A DNA stretch of 63,830 nt, counting the filler, from an uncultured bacterium (GTDB taxonomy: Bacteria; CAYJRR01): NCBI GenBank assembly GCA_964372275.1. It is 5 parts of 5 records of this genome, joined end to end, with 100 filler letters (N's around TTAATTAATTAA, not from the genome) between each part and the next. Parts side by side here need not be neighbours in the genome. Positions count along the whole stretch, not along the records: positions 28,277 to 42,271 come from CAYJRR010000121.1; 4 more parts are not named here. One strand, given 5' to 3'. The position numbers and the translations under genes are program-made. Below, piece after piece: positions 28,525 to 40,187 of the stretch. Numbering within the stretch: position 1 is the first letter of the stretch; each line of letters starts with the position of its first letter. The notes beneath the pieces were generated by a model, which was not told where the DNA came from, did not search any database, and was given only the letters and a program-made list of their open reading frames with translations.

Positions 28525-30342
28525 TCAGTAGCTCCAGGCGATCGTCACGCCGATCCCCTGGATCGCCTCCACGACGTGGGCGTCCTCGATCCGGCCGAGA
28601 AACGGGGCGAGCGCCTCTCCGGAAAAGTCGACCGCGCGCCGTTCGAAGCGGTAGGCCAAGCCGCCGCGCCATCGTCCTCGCTCCACGTCGACCGAAAGGC
28701 CGGCCTCCAGCGGAAGGGACGCCCGGGGATCGGACCCGGTCGCACCGTCGGGATCCTCCCGCCACCGGCTCCACGGGCCCGTTCCGACCTGCGCGCGCAC
28801 CGTCCAACGCCGACCCGCAAGCGCCAGCGGCACCGTCCCGACCAGCCGGGCCACGAGCTCCTGTCGGGAGTAGGAGGTGAGGACGTGCATCGACTCGACG
28901 TCGTCCGCTTCGTGTCGTTCATGGCGGAATGCGACCTCGACGCCGACGCGCGGGCCGCCGGCGACGGCCCCGAGCGGATGGCGATAGGCCACGAACACCT
29001 CGGACCGCACCGTCGATCCGCCGCCGGCGACCGGATCCGGCGCCCCCTGGACGGGGATCCGCGTCGTGGCGAGACCGTAGTAGCTCCACCCAGCGCTCGC
29101 GCCGCCGTACAGGCGACCCCGTGCGACCTCCGCCCAGGCGGCCGGCCCGACGCCGATGAACGAAGCGCGCGCGCCGTTTCCTTCGCTTCCTGACAACGAG
29201 CGGGAACGTTGGAGGATCTCGGTTCCGGCTCCGGAATCGACCGTCACCCCGAAGATCCCGCGCCGCGCGATCTCCGCCCCCGCCACCCCACCGAGCGGCC
29301 GGATCGCGCCGTCCTCCGTCAGCGGGCCGCGCTCCAGGACCCGACGCGCCCACGTCGCGATCGAAGAGGCCTCCTTCAGCTCGATCGTCCGCGGGCTGCC
29401 GGCGACGACGGTCCCACCTCCGCCGAGCAGGATCACCGTCGGCCGCACCTCGAGCTTGTCTCCGGCCGTCTGGGCGACGACGGCCACCAGCGAATCGACG
29501 CCGAAGGAGGCGGACATCTTCCGCACCGCGGCCGCCAGCTCGGCGCTGTGCGCCTCCGACCGCGCCAGCTTGGCAAGCGCCGTCTCGCCGGCGGCCGGCA
29601 GCGCCATCGGAAGTCGGATCCGAATCGTCTGATCGCCCTTGGTCTCGATCGAGCGCGATACCGTCCGCCGCCCACGCGCCGAAACGGTGAGAAGGTAGAG
29701 GCGCTCCGCCAGGACCTTGAAGTCGCGCTCCACCGGGTTCCCGTCGAGTGAAAGCGTGGCGTCGGTGGGGGAGGTCTTCACCTGGATCTGCGCGACTCGC
29801 TTCTCCTTGCGCATCTTCTCCACGAAATCGGAGACGCTCGGTGGGAAGACGTTGGAGTCGACGACGAGGTCGGGCTGAAGGGCGAGCGCGGCGACGGCGT
29901 CGACCTTCGCCTGCTCCTCGTCCTTCGTCAGGAGATAGATCGCCGTCTTCCAGAGCCTCAGCTTGACCCGATCGACCACGGGGAAGCTCGCATCCTTGTC
30001 GATCAGCGCCGAAAGCGCGGTCAGCTTCTCGATCGCCGCCGCCTCGCGATCTTCGTCGTAGGCGGCCGAGGCCTCCTCGAACAGCTCGTCCGCGCGCTTG
30101 CGGGTCGAGGCGTCCGGACCGGAGGAGGTGAGGCGCAGCGGCGGCGCGTTGGCGCCCATCTCGTCGGCCGTCCGGGTCTTGATCAGGACCGAGTCGCGCA
30201 TCACCGCTTCGATGCGGCCTTCGAGCTCGCCCGCGGTCTGCGCGTCGTCGAGGAGGACGACGACGCCGACCGTTTTCGGCGGTACGTAGGCCGTCGCGGC
30301 GAGGACCGATCCTGCGATCGCGAGTACGAACACCCACTCCAT
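28525..30342 (-). CDS. Secreted TPR-like/PEGA protein with probable C-terminal outer-membrane beta-barrel (paralog of 22442-24265)
   Basis: Shared LW..AIY, AALAL.P.L.VD..VFPPSV, TSP..AT..LD, WRE.P.G.TG..P; ends in the beta-signal-like IGVTIAWSY; start is ATG 30342 or GTG 30333. Confidence 0.78.
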   Translation of the reverse strand: MEWVFVLAIAGSVLAATAYVPPKTVGVVVLLDDAQTAGELEGRIEAVMRDSVLIKTRTADEMGANAPPLRLTSSGPDASTRKRADELFEEASAAYDEDREAAAIEKLTALSALIDKDASFPVVDRVKLRLWKTAIYLLTKDEEQAKVDAVAALALQPDLVVDSNVFPPSVSDFVEKMRKEKRVAQIQVKTSPTDATLSLDGNPVERDFKVLAERLYLLTVSARGRRTVSRSIETKGDQTIRIRLPMALPAAGETALAKLARSEAHSAELAAAVRKMSASFGVDSLVAVVAQTAGDKLEVRPTVILLGGGGTVVAGSPRTIELKEASSIATWARRVLERGPLTEDGAIRPLGGVAGAEIARRGIFGVTVDSGAGTEILQRSRSLSGSEGNGARASFIGVGPAAWAEVARGRLYGGASAGWSYYGLATTRIPVQGAPDPVAGGGSTVRSEVFVAYRHPLGAVAGGPRVGVEVAFRHERHEADDVESMHVLTSYSRQELVARLVGTVPLALAGRRWTVRAQVGTGPWSRWREDPDGATGSDPRASLPLEAGLSVDVERGRWRGGLAYRFERRAVDFSGEALAPFLGRIEDAHVVEAIQGIGVTIAWSY

Positions 30343-30360
30343 TGTACGCTGGATTACAAT
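30341..30360. promoter_or_regulatory. Symmetric bidirectional -10 elements (TACAAT on both strands)
   Basis: ATTGTA-N8-TACAAT; the plus TACAAT is 6 nt before ATG 30367 and the minus TACAAT is 7 nt before the in-frame GTG 30333. Confidence 0.6.
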
Positions 30361-30366
30361 CGGAAC

Positions 30367-31805
30367 ATGCGCCTTTACGGGCCGCGACGGAGGGGGGTCC
30401 TGGTCGCCGTGCTCGGACTCTCATGGTCGGTCGCCTGCGCCTCCTTGAGCCTCGACGGCGACCTGGAGGGGCCGCGCGGAGACCCCACGCCGGCGCTCGA
30501 CGGCCTCGACTTCGGCGACGCCCGCAACGGCGACGTCACGCTGTCGACGATCGCGCCCGTGAACGAATGCGTGCGTCTGCTGTCGACCGATACGTCCGAC
30601 GGATGGACCGTCCTGCGGATCGCCTCCCCGCTTCCGAACCTGGCGTCCGGAAAACGCCTCCTCGCGGTGCAGATGCAGAACGACGCGTTCGCCCTCTCCG
30701 CCGACGGGAACGACGTCGGCGCCGACGCCGGTCCGGCCGGCCTGTGGAGCCTGTTCCGCTTGACGGAGATCCGCGGCGACGGCTCGCTGATCGTCGACCG
30801 CCGGCCCTCCACGATCTTCCGCACCGACCTCGAGGGGTACGCGCGGGCCCAACTCTGCACCGTCCCGGAGTACGGAAACCTCGTCATCCCGGCCTCGACC
30901 GGATTCCAGGCGGTGGCGTGGAACGGTACCTCCGGCGGGATCGTCGCCGTCCTGGCCGACGGCGTCGTGACCCTCAATCTGGGCGCCACGCTCTCGGCCA
31001 CCGCGGTCGGATTTCGTGGCGGACCGCCGAACCCATGCGGGGCGGACGCCGTCTTCGCCCATCAGCTCGGCAACGACTACAAGCTCGAGGACAAGCGAGG
31101 CGGTGGCAAGGGGGAGGGGCTCGATCTCCGGTCCTACCTCTTCGCGGAGACGCGCGCCGGCCGCGGAAATCTCGCCAACGCCGGCGGAGGCGGGAACGGC
31201 CGCCGCGCCGGCGGTGGAGGGGGAGGCAACGGCGGCGCGGGCGGAAGGGGCGGCCGCGAGGCGGCGACCGGAAGCCCGGCCGTCTCCGATCTCGCGACCG
31301 GAGGTCTGGGGGGGGCCCGGGTCGTCGCCACCGCCCCCGATCGTCTCCTCTTCGGCGGAGGCGGCGGCAGCGGACACTGCGACGACCAGTCCGATGGCCG
31401 GCTCGGCGCGGCCGGCGGGGGGATCGTGTTGGTCGCCGTACGAACGTTGCAGGGTCAAGGAACGATCTCGGCCGACGGCGCGGCCGGCACGCCGGCATCG
31501 GGCGGGGGCGGCGCCGGCGGCGGCGGGGCCGGAGGAACGATCCTGGTGCGCGTCGACGACGCGACGCAGTTCACGGGGCGCTACTCGGCGGCCGGCGGTG
31601 ACGGCGGAGGCCTCTCCGTGGTCTCCGAGAGCGCGACCGGCGGTCCCGGTGGGGGGGGCGGCGGCGGCCACCTCTTCGTCACCGCCACCGCCGCGGTCGG
31701 AACGGTGGTCGACGTCGGCGGTGGCGACGCCGGCGCGCAGCGCAACGCCACCGGACAGACGCACCTATGGGCTCAGCAGCCGGGCCAAGCGGGGGTGAGC
31801 GAACC

Positions 31806-31809
<4 letters not shown>
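30367..31809 (+). CDS. Glycine-rich AgmC-like lipoprotein
   Basis: Lipobox SVAC; FGDARNG, GLW, RAQLCTVPEY, AWNGTSGGIVA, GFRGG, KGEGLD, GRGNLANAGGGG, LLFGGGGG. Confidence 0.82.
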
Positions 31810-33803
<1,994 letters not shown>

Positions 33804-33817
33804 CGGCCGCAGGCGCC

Positions 33818-34312
33818 ATGCGCGAATCGACCTACCACGTCGACCTCGACGGCCTCATCTGGCACGGCGACGAATGGTTCGACGCGCCCGAGGTCTACGA
33901 CGCGTTCCACCGCACGATGACCCGTCACGCGGACGGCCGCCTCTATGCCACCTGCCTCGGCGAGCGATGCTGGGTAGTGCCGGCCGACACGCCGTTCGTG
34001 GTCGACGCGGTGCGCCTGCGACGTGCCGCCGGCCGCGCGGCCGGGACCGGCGACGACGCCCGTCCTCTGGAAGGGGTGACGCTGGTGCTCAAGGGGGGCG
34101 TCGAGGAGGCGCTCGATCCGCGCACCCTGTCGGTCGGCCGGGAGAACGTCCTCTATGCCTGGGTGCGGGACGGCGCCTTTCCGGCGCGCTTCTCGCGAAA
34201 GGCCTACTACGAGATCGCGCGCCACATCCGGCCGTTCGCCGGCGAGTTCGCCCTGACCGTCGGCGGACGGACCTACCCGATCGGCGGCGCTCCGCCCCCG
34301 GACGAGCCGTGA
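33818..34312 (+). CDS. DUF1285-like hypothetical protein
   Basis: D.DG..WH.G, V..ADTPFVV, E.LDP.TL, LY..VR.G...ARFSR.AYY. Confidence 0.7.
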   Translation: MRESTYHVDLDGLIWHGDEWFDAPEVYDAFHRTMTRHADGRLYATCLGERCWVVPADTPFVVDAVRLRRAAGRAAGTGDDARPLEGVTLVLKGGVEEALDPRTLSVGRENVLYAWVRDGAFPARFSRKAYYEIARHIRPFAGEFALTVGGRTYPIGGAPPPDEP

Positions 34313-35277
34313 GCGCGGAACGACCGCGCACGACCCGACCGGGCCCCCGATCGGTACGTCTCGCGACGGCGGAGGAGAGCGCGCGGCGGATCCCGCTCAC
34401 GTATGCGGTGTGGGGGGACCGCCTGACCGAAGCGCAGTACCTGGAGCGGGAGCGCCGGCTGGCGGCGACCCCGTTCGCCCGGCGGGGGATGCGCACCTGG
34501 CTCCTGGTCCACGGCGACGAGGTCCTGGCGAGCTGCGAGAGCTACGCCATGGCCGCAGAGGTGGATGATCGCTCCGGGGTGGCGCAGGGGATCGCCAGCG
34601 TCTTCGTCGAAGGGCCGCTCCGCGGGCAGGGCTTCGCCGCGGAGATGCTGCGCCTCCTCGGCGACCGGTTCGCCGCCGAAGGGGCCGTGTCGTCGCACCT
34701 GTTCAGCGAAGTGGGGACGTCGCTCTACGAGCGGGCCGGGTATCGTCCCCGACCGATCCGCGCGCGTCGATTCCGACCCACCCCCGGCGATCCGGCGGCG
34801 GTGGCCGAGGCGGTCGACCGCGCCCACGCCGGCGAGCGGCTCCTCCCGATCCTGACGCGCGCCCCCCGCGGCCGCTTCCGGATCCTACCCGACGACGCGA
34901 CGCTCGACTGGCAGCGGGAACGCGCGGCGATCTACCACCGGTTTCTCGGCGGACTCCGGCCCTCGCCCGACCTCTTCGCCGGCGCGATCGCGGGGGACGG
35001 CGCCGTCGCGTGGGCGGCCGACTACCGGCTCGGCTGCCTGCGCACGCTCTGGGTGCGGCCGGGGAGGCGCGCCGAAGCGGAGGCGCTGGTCGAGGCCCTG
35101 CGGCGCGCAGCCCACGTGCTCGGACTGTCGCGCGCCGAGCACTGGATCTCGCCGGCGGTCGACCTGCCGGGAGGGGACGAAGGGTCGCTCGACGACGAGA
35201 TCCCGATGCTGCGCCCGTTCGTCCCCGACATCGCCCCGGAGGACTGGACCGACTACGGCCGCGGCTGCTGGGTGTGA
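34309..35277 (+). CDS. GNAT family N-acetyltransferase
   Basis: WG..L...QY..RE..L, LASCE, IASVFV...RGQGFA, LFSEVG..LYERAGY acetyl-CoA-binding motifs. Confidence 0.85.
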   Translation: MSAERPRTTRPGPRSVRLATAEESARRIPLTYAVWGDRLTEAQYLERERRLAATPFARRGMRTWLLVHGDEVLASCESYAMAAEVDDRSGVAQGIASVFVEGPLRGQGFAAEMLRLLGDRFAAEGAVSSHLFSEVGTSLYERAGYRPRPIRARRFRPTPGDPAAVAEAVDRAHAGERLLPILTRAPRGRFRILPDDATLDWQRERAAIYHRFLGGLRPSPDLFAGAIAGDGAVAWAADYRLGCLRTLWVRPGRRAEAEALVEALRRAAHVLGLSRAEHWISPAVDLPGGDEGSLDDEIPMLRPFVPDIAPEDWTDYGRGCWV

Positions 35278-35300
35278 TACTCACGTCTCACGTGTCGAGC

Positions 35301-36350
35301 GTGAAGAACGATCGCTTCCTCCGCGCCTGCCGCCGCGAGCCGGTCGACTGCACGCCGGTCTGGTTCCTGCGCCAGGCCGGGCGCTACCTGCCAGAGTACC
35401 GGGCGATCCGCGCCAAGGCCTCGTTGCTCGAGATCTGCCGCGACGCCGACCTCTGCGCGGAGGTGACGCTGCAACCGGTGGAGCGCCTGGGGGTCGACGC
35501 GGCGATCCTGTTCGCCGACATCCTGCTCCCGCTCGCCCCGATGGGGGCCCCGTTCCATTTCGCCGAAGGGGAAGGCCCGGTGATCGAGCGGCCGGTGCGC
35601 GACGCCGCCGACGTGGCGCGGCTCGCGGCGCTTCCGGAACCGGAGGGGCTGGAGTACGTCTTCGCCGCGATCCGGGAGGTGCGGAAGCGGCTCGACGGCC
35701 GCGTGCCGTTGATCGGTTTCGCCGGGGCGCCGTTCACGCTCGCGTCCTACCTGGTCGAGGCGGGGGAGAGCGGGCGCCGAAGCTTCGTCCGCACCAAGAC
35801 GATGATGTTGCGTGAGCCCAAGACCTGGCACGCGTTGATGGAGCGCCTGAGCATCACCCTCCGCGGCTACCTCCGCGAACAGGTGACGGCCGGCGCCCAG
35901 GCGGTCCAGCTGTTCGACTCCTGGGTCGGATGTCTGTCGGCGGAGGACTATCGAGACTTCGTCCTCCCGCACAGCAAGACGGTGCTCGAGGGGGTCCGAG
36001 GCCTCGGGGTCCCGGTGATCCACTTCGGCGTCGACACCGGCCATCTCCTTCCCGATCTGCGGGCGGCCGGCGCCGACGTGATCGGGATCGACTGGAAGAC
36101 CGACTTGGCCGCCGCGGCCGAAACGCTAGGGCCCGACGTGGCGCTGCAGGGGAACCTCGACCCGGTGGCGCTGCTCGGACCGGTCGACCTTCTCGCCCGC
36201 CGAGCCAAGGCGATCCTCCACCGGGTGCACGGCCGGCCCGGCCACGTCTTCAACGTCGGGCACGGCCTCCTCCCGCAGACCGATCCGGAGGTGGTCGCGG
36301 AGCTGGTCGGCCTGGTGCACGCCGAGACGCAGACGACCAGGCCGCGGTAG
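35301..36350 (+). CDS. hemE: Uroporphyrinogen decarboxylase
   Basis: PVWFLRQAGRYLPEY, DAAILFADI, IGFAGAPFTLASY, QLFDSW, QGNLDP, FNVGHG. Confidence 0.97.
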   Translation: MKNDRFLRACRREPVDCTPVWFLRQAGRYLPEYRAIRAKASLLEICRDADLCAEVTLQPVERLGVDAAILFADILLPLAPMGAPFHFAEGEGPVIERPVRDAADVARLAALPEPEGLEYVFAAIREVRKRLDGRVPLIGFAGAPFTLASYLVEAGESGRRSFVRTKTMMLREPKTWHALMERLSITLRGYLREQVTAGAQAVQLFDSWVGCLSAEDYRDFVLPHSKTVLEGVRGLGVPVIHFGVDTGHLLPDLRAAGADVIGIDWKTDLAAAAETLGPDVALQGNLDPVALLGPVDLLARRAKAILHRVHGRPGHVFNVGHGLLPQTDPEVVAELVGLVHAETQTTRPR

Positions 36351-36358
36351 CAGATGCG

Positions 36359-37060
36359 TTATCGAGTCACCCCCGCGCCCATTCCGCCGACATTCTGTTG
36401 CTCCTGGGAAACGTCGGTCTTGTAAACGCGAGCGACGTTCGAGCCCTGGCCCGGTTCGGCGGTCGGGAAGAGCGGAAGCTCCGGAATGCGGACCTGCTGC
36501 TCGGCCAACCACTCCTCGAAGAATCGCGGAAGCCGGGACTCGGAGCTCCGCATCGCCGCCACCGTGGCGTAGCCCGCGAGGTAGGCCATCTCCGCCCGGG
36601 TCAACACCGTTCGTAGCTCGGCGACCGATCGATTCTTCGCCTGCGCCAGGATTCGATCCGGCTTCACGAAGAAGCCCAGGGCTCCCGACTTCTCGACCAT
36701 CCCGCCGAGGAACGCGACCCGGTGCGCCTCGTCGAAGCCGAGGAAATCGGCCTTGCACTTCATCCAGTAGGCGAAGCTGGCGCCGTTCCTGCGCGCAGTC
36801 GGCAACGATTTATATTCGTCGTACTCGGCGCGGGTATCGAATGTGCCCAGCCAACTGCAGAGAGATCTTCGATCGGTGAACCAGCGGACGCCGGAGAGAA
36901 ACGTCTCGGTGGCCTCGGGACCACGGATCGACTCGACGTGTTGCAGAAAGACGTTTCCGTCCCGCCGTCGAACCTCGCTTCCCTCGGGTTGCGTGGCCAT
37001 TGCGACGGTCGCCCACGCCAGCGCGATCGCCCATCCACTCGCAGCCAGGATCGTCTTCAT
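36359..37060 (-). CDS. Hypothetical secreted protein
   Basis: GGAGG SD before ATG 37060; signal peptide MKTILAASGWAIALAWATVAMA; no recognised domain. Confidence 0.65.
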   Translation of the reverse strand: MKTILAASGWAIALAWATVAMATQPEGSEVRRRDGNVFLQHVESIRGPEATETFLSGVRWFTDRRSLCSWLGTFDTRAEYDEYKSLPTARRNGASFAYWMKCKADFLGFDEAHRVAFLGGMVEKSGALGFFVKPDRILAQAKNRSVAELRTVLTRAEMAYLAGYATVAAMRSSESRLPRFFEEWLAEQQVRIPELPLFPTAEPGQGSNVARVYKTDVSQEQQNVGGMGAGVTR

Positions 37061-37268
37061 CGTCACCCTCCCAACGGTTGGCGCGGCCGACCAGCAAGGA
37101 GTGAGCCACCGTTCATCGCCGATAGATCGAACGCCGAACACCTTGAAAAAAAAGGATTCGGTGTCTCCTTTAGGGAGCGGAGTGCGGCGCGTGAGGGTGG
37201 GTTGCGTGGGGTGCGACCGGGCGGTCACGCCCCATCGTCCCCCATGAAGGCGATACGCCTACGCGCGA

Positions 37269-37377
37269 TTGGACGATGCGTGGAGTCCGAGCGGGTATTT
37301 CAAGGCGTCGGACACGGTAGCGGGGGACAATCGGGGCCTGGCCGACGCCGCGGGCGCGGTCTACGTCTATCGCCGAG
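37269..37377 (+). pseudogene. Remnant of an FG-GAP repeat gene
   Basis: WSPSGYFKASDTVAGDN|RGLADAAGAVYVYRR matches the start and end of the last repeat of 31806-33803 (WSTRGYLKASNTAAND...GDNTAGTSGAVYLFR) with the middle missing. Confidence 0.6.
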
Positions 37378-38236
37378 GCGAGCGCGCACGGACGGCAAGC
37401 GTCGTGGTGAGCCCCGCCAACGCCAACAGCGCGGCGCCGACCGTACCGCGCCAGCCGGGGGGCTCGCGCAGCACGGCGTGACCAAGCAGATAGGCGATCA
37501 CCGGCGTGGCGAAGGCGTAGACCGAGACCTCGGCCGCGGCGGCGACGGCGTAGGCCCGGGTCATCAGCAGTTGGGCCAATGCCGCCAGCACGCCGACGCC
37601 GGCGAGACCGGCGAGCTGCGCGGCGTCCGGAACGACGAACTGCCACAGGCAGGCGATCCCGCTGACGACGGTCGCGGAGGCGGAGAACCAGAGCACGATC
37701 GTCGCGGGGCCGTCGGTGCGGGACAACACCTTCACCGACACGTAGGCCGAGGCCGCGAGGATCGCGGAGGCGAGTCCGGCCGCGACGCCGTGCGGCGGCA
37801 GCGCGTCCGACGGGCCCCCGGCGCCGTCGGCGAATCGAAACCACCCGCCGGTCGGCTGGGCGACGACCCCGACGCCGGCGAAGCCGATCGCCAGCGCCAA
37901 CCACACCGCCGGCGGGGCGCGTTCCCCGAGCACGTAGGGGGACATCGCCGCCACGACCAGCGGCGAAAGATAGGTGAGCAGCACCGCGTCACCGAGCTTC
38001 AGGCTCGACAGCGCGTAGAAGTAGGCGAACATCGACGCCAGTCCCACGATCCCGCGGGTGAGCAACAGGCGGCGGTGGACCCCCAACAGCCGCCGTCCGT
38101 CGCGCCAGCCGAAGGCCGCCGCGATCGCGGTGGCGATCAGGCTCCGGAAGAAGACGATCTCGGCGACCGGGATGGCGTCGGCGACGAGCTTCACGCACAG
38201 GCCCATCCCGGCGAAGCAGACCGAGGCGAGCAGCAT
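37367..38236 (-). CDS. DMT/EamA family transporter
   Basis: About 10 TM segments; EIVFFRS, LGDA..L.YLSPL, LGER, AQLLMTRAY; start uncertain. Confidence 0.9.
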   Translation of the reverse strand: MLLASVCFAGMGLCVKLVADAIPVAEIVFFRSLIATAIAAAFGWRDGRRLLGVHRRLLLTRGIVGLASMFAYFYALSSLKLGDAVLLTYLSPLVVAAMSPYVLGERAPPAVWLALAIGFAGVGVVAQPTGGWFRFADGAGGPSDALPPHGVAAGLASAILAASAYVSVKVLSRTDGPATIVLWFSASATVVSGIACLWQFVVPDAAQLAGLAGVGVLAALAQLLMTRAYAVAAAAEVSVYAFATPVIAYLLGHAVLREPPGWRGTVGAALLALAGLTTTLAVRARSPRR

Positions 38237-38280
38237 CTGGAGGGCCCCTTGCCGGTGCGCGGCGTCGGCCCCCGGACGGT

Positions 38281-39246
38281 TCAGTAGTAGAGATCCCCGT
38301 CGAGGCAGAAGATCAGGCCGTCGAGTCCGAGCGTCCCCTCGATCGCGGGGTAGTAGGCCGCCCCCATGATGCACATCTCGTCGTCGACCGATTCGCCGAA
38401 CTCGAGGGTCTGCTCGGTCTCGTTGTGCCAGGTGCAGGTGAAGCGCAGGCCCAGTTCCCCGGTGAAGGTCAACCGGTCCTCCTCGGCGAGCTCCACCTCC
38501 TCCGGCGCGTGCCAGTCGTCGCTCTCGTAGACCAGCGAGAGGTTCGAGCCGGTCACCACGTCGCCGTGGAAGATCTCGAACTTGTCGAGACGCTGGTGTC
38601 CGTGCGAACCGAGCCGGAAGACGTTCGCCCCCGCCGGCACCGGGCAGGAGGTGGTGTGCGAATAGGCCGGAACGCCGTCGAAGCCGGCCCCCGGCGGGAT
38701 CTCGAAGTCGGTGTCGACGGCGAAGATCGTCCCGATGTACTCCTCGACCTCCGCCGGATCGACCGGGAAGATCTGCACCTCGGCCGCCGCTTCAATCGCC
38801 TCGTTCGACGCGTTGGCGTAATGGACCTCGAGGATGAAGACGGTCTGCTCCGGGATCCGCGCGGCGAGCCCCTCCGGGAGCGACGTCTCGCGCTCCGGCT
38901 CCTGCGCGCCGTAGACGAAGAGGCGGCCGAGACCCATGTCGCACTCGCCGAACCCCTCTTCGGGGGCCGGATCGCCGGTTAGGTAGGAGGCGTCCCGGTA
39001 GAGGATCAGGTGGTGGCTCCCGGGGTTCATCCGGCTGACGACGCGCTGGAAGTCGATCGCCTCGTCGTTCCCCAACGAGACCACCTGGCACTTCGTCACC
39101 TCGTCACCGGCTTCGACCGTGAACGGCTCGATGCGGACGGTGATCGGTCCGCCGGACTCCTTGGCCGGTTCGGAGGTGCACCCGAGCCACAGGGACGAGG
39201 CGGCGAGCGGAACGGCGATCCGTCGGAGCGGGTTCCAGACAGGCAT
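38281..39246 (-). CDS. Copper type II (PHM/DBM-like) monooxygenase lipoprotein
   Basis: Lipobox WLGC; CuH ligands GSHHLILY and LEVHY; CuM ligands SHGH and DEMC. Confidence 0.8.
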   Translation of the reverse strand: MPVWNPLRRIAVPLAASSLWLGCTSEPAKESGGPITVRIEPFTVEAGDEVTKCQVVSLGNDEAIDFQRVVSRMNPGSHHLILYRDASYLTGDPAPEEGFGECDMGLGRLFVYGAQEPERETSLPEGLAARIPEQTVFILEVHYANASNEAIEAAAEVQIFPVDPAEVEEYIGTIFAVDTDFEIPPGAGFDGVPAYSHTTSCPVPAGANVFRLGSHGHQRLDKFEIFHGDVVTGSNLSLVYESDDWHAPEEVELAEEDRLTFTGELGLRFTCTWHNETEQTLEFGESVDDEMCIMGAAYYPAIEGTLGLDGLIFCLDGDLYY

Positions 39247-39330
39247 GGGAGGCCCTCCCGAGCGACAGCTTGGCTCCGCGCGACGGGAAGGTCAATCGGC
39301 CGGTGCGGACCAGACGGCCCAGCCCTGCCA

Positions 39331-39346
39331 CGCAACTCCCGCGCCG
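39331..39346 (-). promoter_or_regulatory. Candidate sigma54 promoter upstream of the monooxygenase
   Basis: Minus strand CGGCGCGGGAGTTGCG: GG-N10-GC with TTGC, about 85 nt before the ATG. Confidence 0.5.
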
Positions 39347-39652
39347 AACAGGAGGCATCCGACGATGCGCGCGGGGAGCGGCATCAACGGGGAAAGCCCG
39401 AGGATCGGGCTCCGTCTTGCGAGGGATCGCGGGTCGCGAAGCGATGGGGTGACGGCCTCGGCGGTGCGTCCGGATCCGATCCGATCGGGTCCGATTCGGA
39501 TCCGGGTACGGCGACCGATACCGATACGGTTCGAACACAGCCGCGGTCGCGAACGCCAGAATCCGGCGATGCATTTCCACGCGTGAACGATTCTTGCGCG
39601 CCACGCCCCCGCTCCGAACGCGCCGGCGCACCGATTGCTCCCTCGCACCGCC

Positions 39653-40180
39653 ATGTCCACCCATCCGCCGCCGATCCCTCGCGAGTGCATCGAACGGACC
39701 CTCGCCGCCCTGCCCTCGCCCGGCGGCTCGACCTGGAACGATGCCGTCCGGGGCCTCGAGCGCCGGCACCCCGGCGTTGCGCTCTTGCGACGCCTCGAGA
39801 GCCGGCGCGGCGGGTCGTCGGCCGATCTCGACCGTTTCGCCCTGCTCGCGTTGGCGGTGATCGGCGCCTTCGAAGCGGTGACCGATCTCCCGCCGCTGGA
39901 CGAGGGCGTGGTGGCCGAGGCGGCGATGTCGGTCGAGCGCGACGTCGCGCTCTCGGTCTCGCGGCGCGACGCCGGCGCAGGATTCGAGCGCGCATTCCGC
40001 GTGGAGCTCGATCTCTACGACGGCATCAGCCGGCTGCACGGCCGGCTCTTCCGCCATGCGATCGAAAGTCCCGCGGCCGCCCGCGCCTTCTGGTTCGTGC
40101 AGACGTTGGTGCGCGCGGGACGGTCGGCACGGCTCGAAGTGGCGGCCGCGGTTGCCGCGCCCGAACGCGCGACCACCTGA
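39653..40180 (+). CDS. Hypothetical protein
   Basis: Plausible helical protein in a co-oriented pair; no family recognised. Confidence 0.55.
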   Translation: MSTHPPPIPRECIERTLAALPSPGGSTWNDAVRGLERRHPGVALLRRLESRRGGSSADLDRFALLALAVIGAFEAVTDLPPLDEGVVAEAAMSVERDVALSVSRRDAGAGFERAFRVELDLYDGISRLHGRLFRHAIESPAAARAFWFVQTLVRAGRSARLEVAAAVAAPERATT

Positions 40181-40187
40181 CGGGTGC

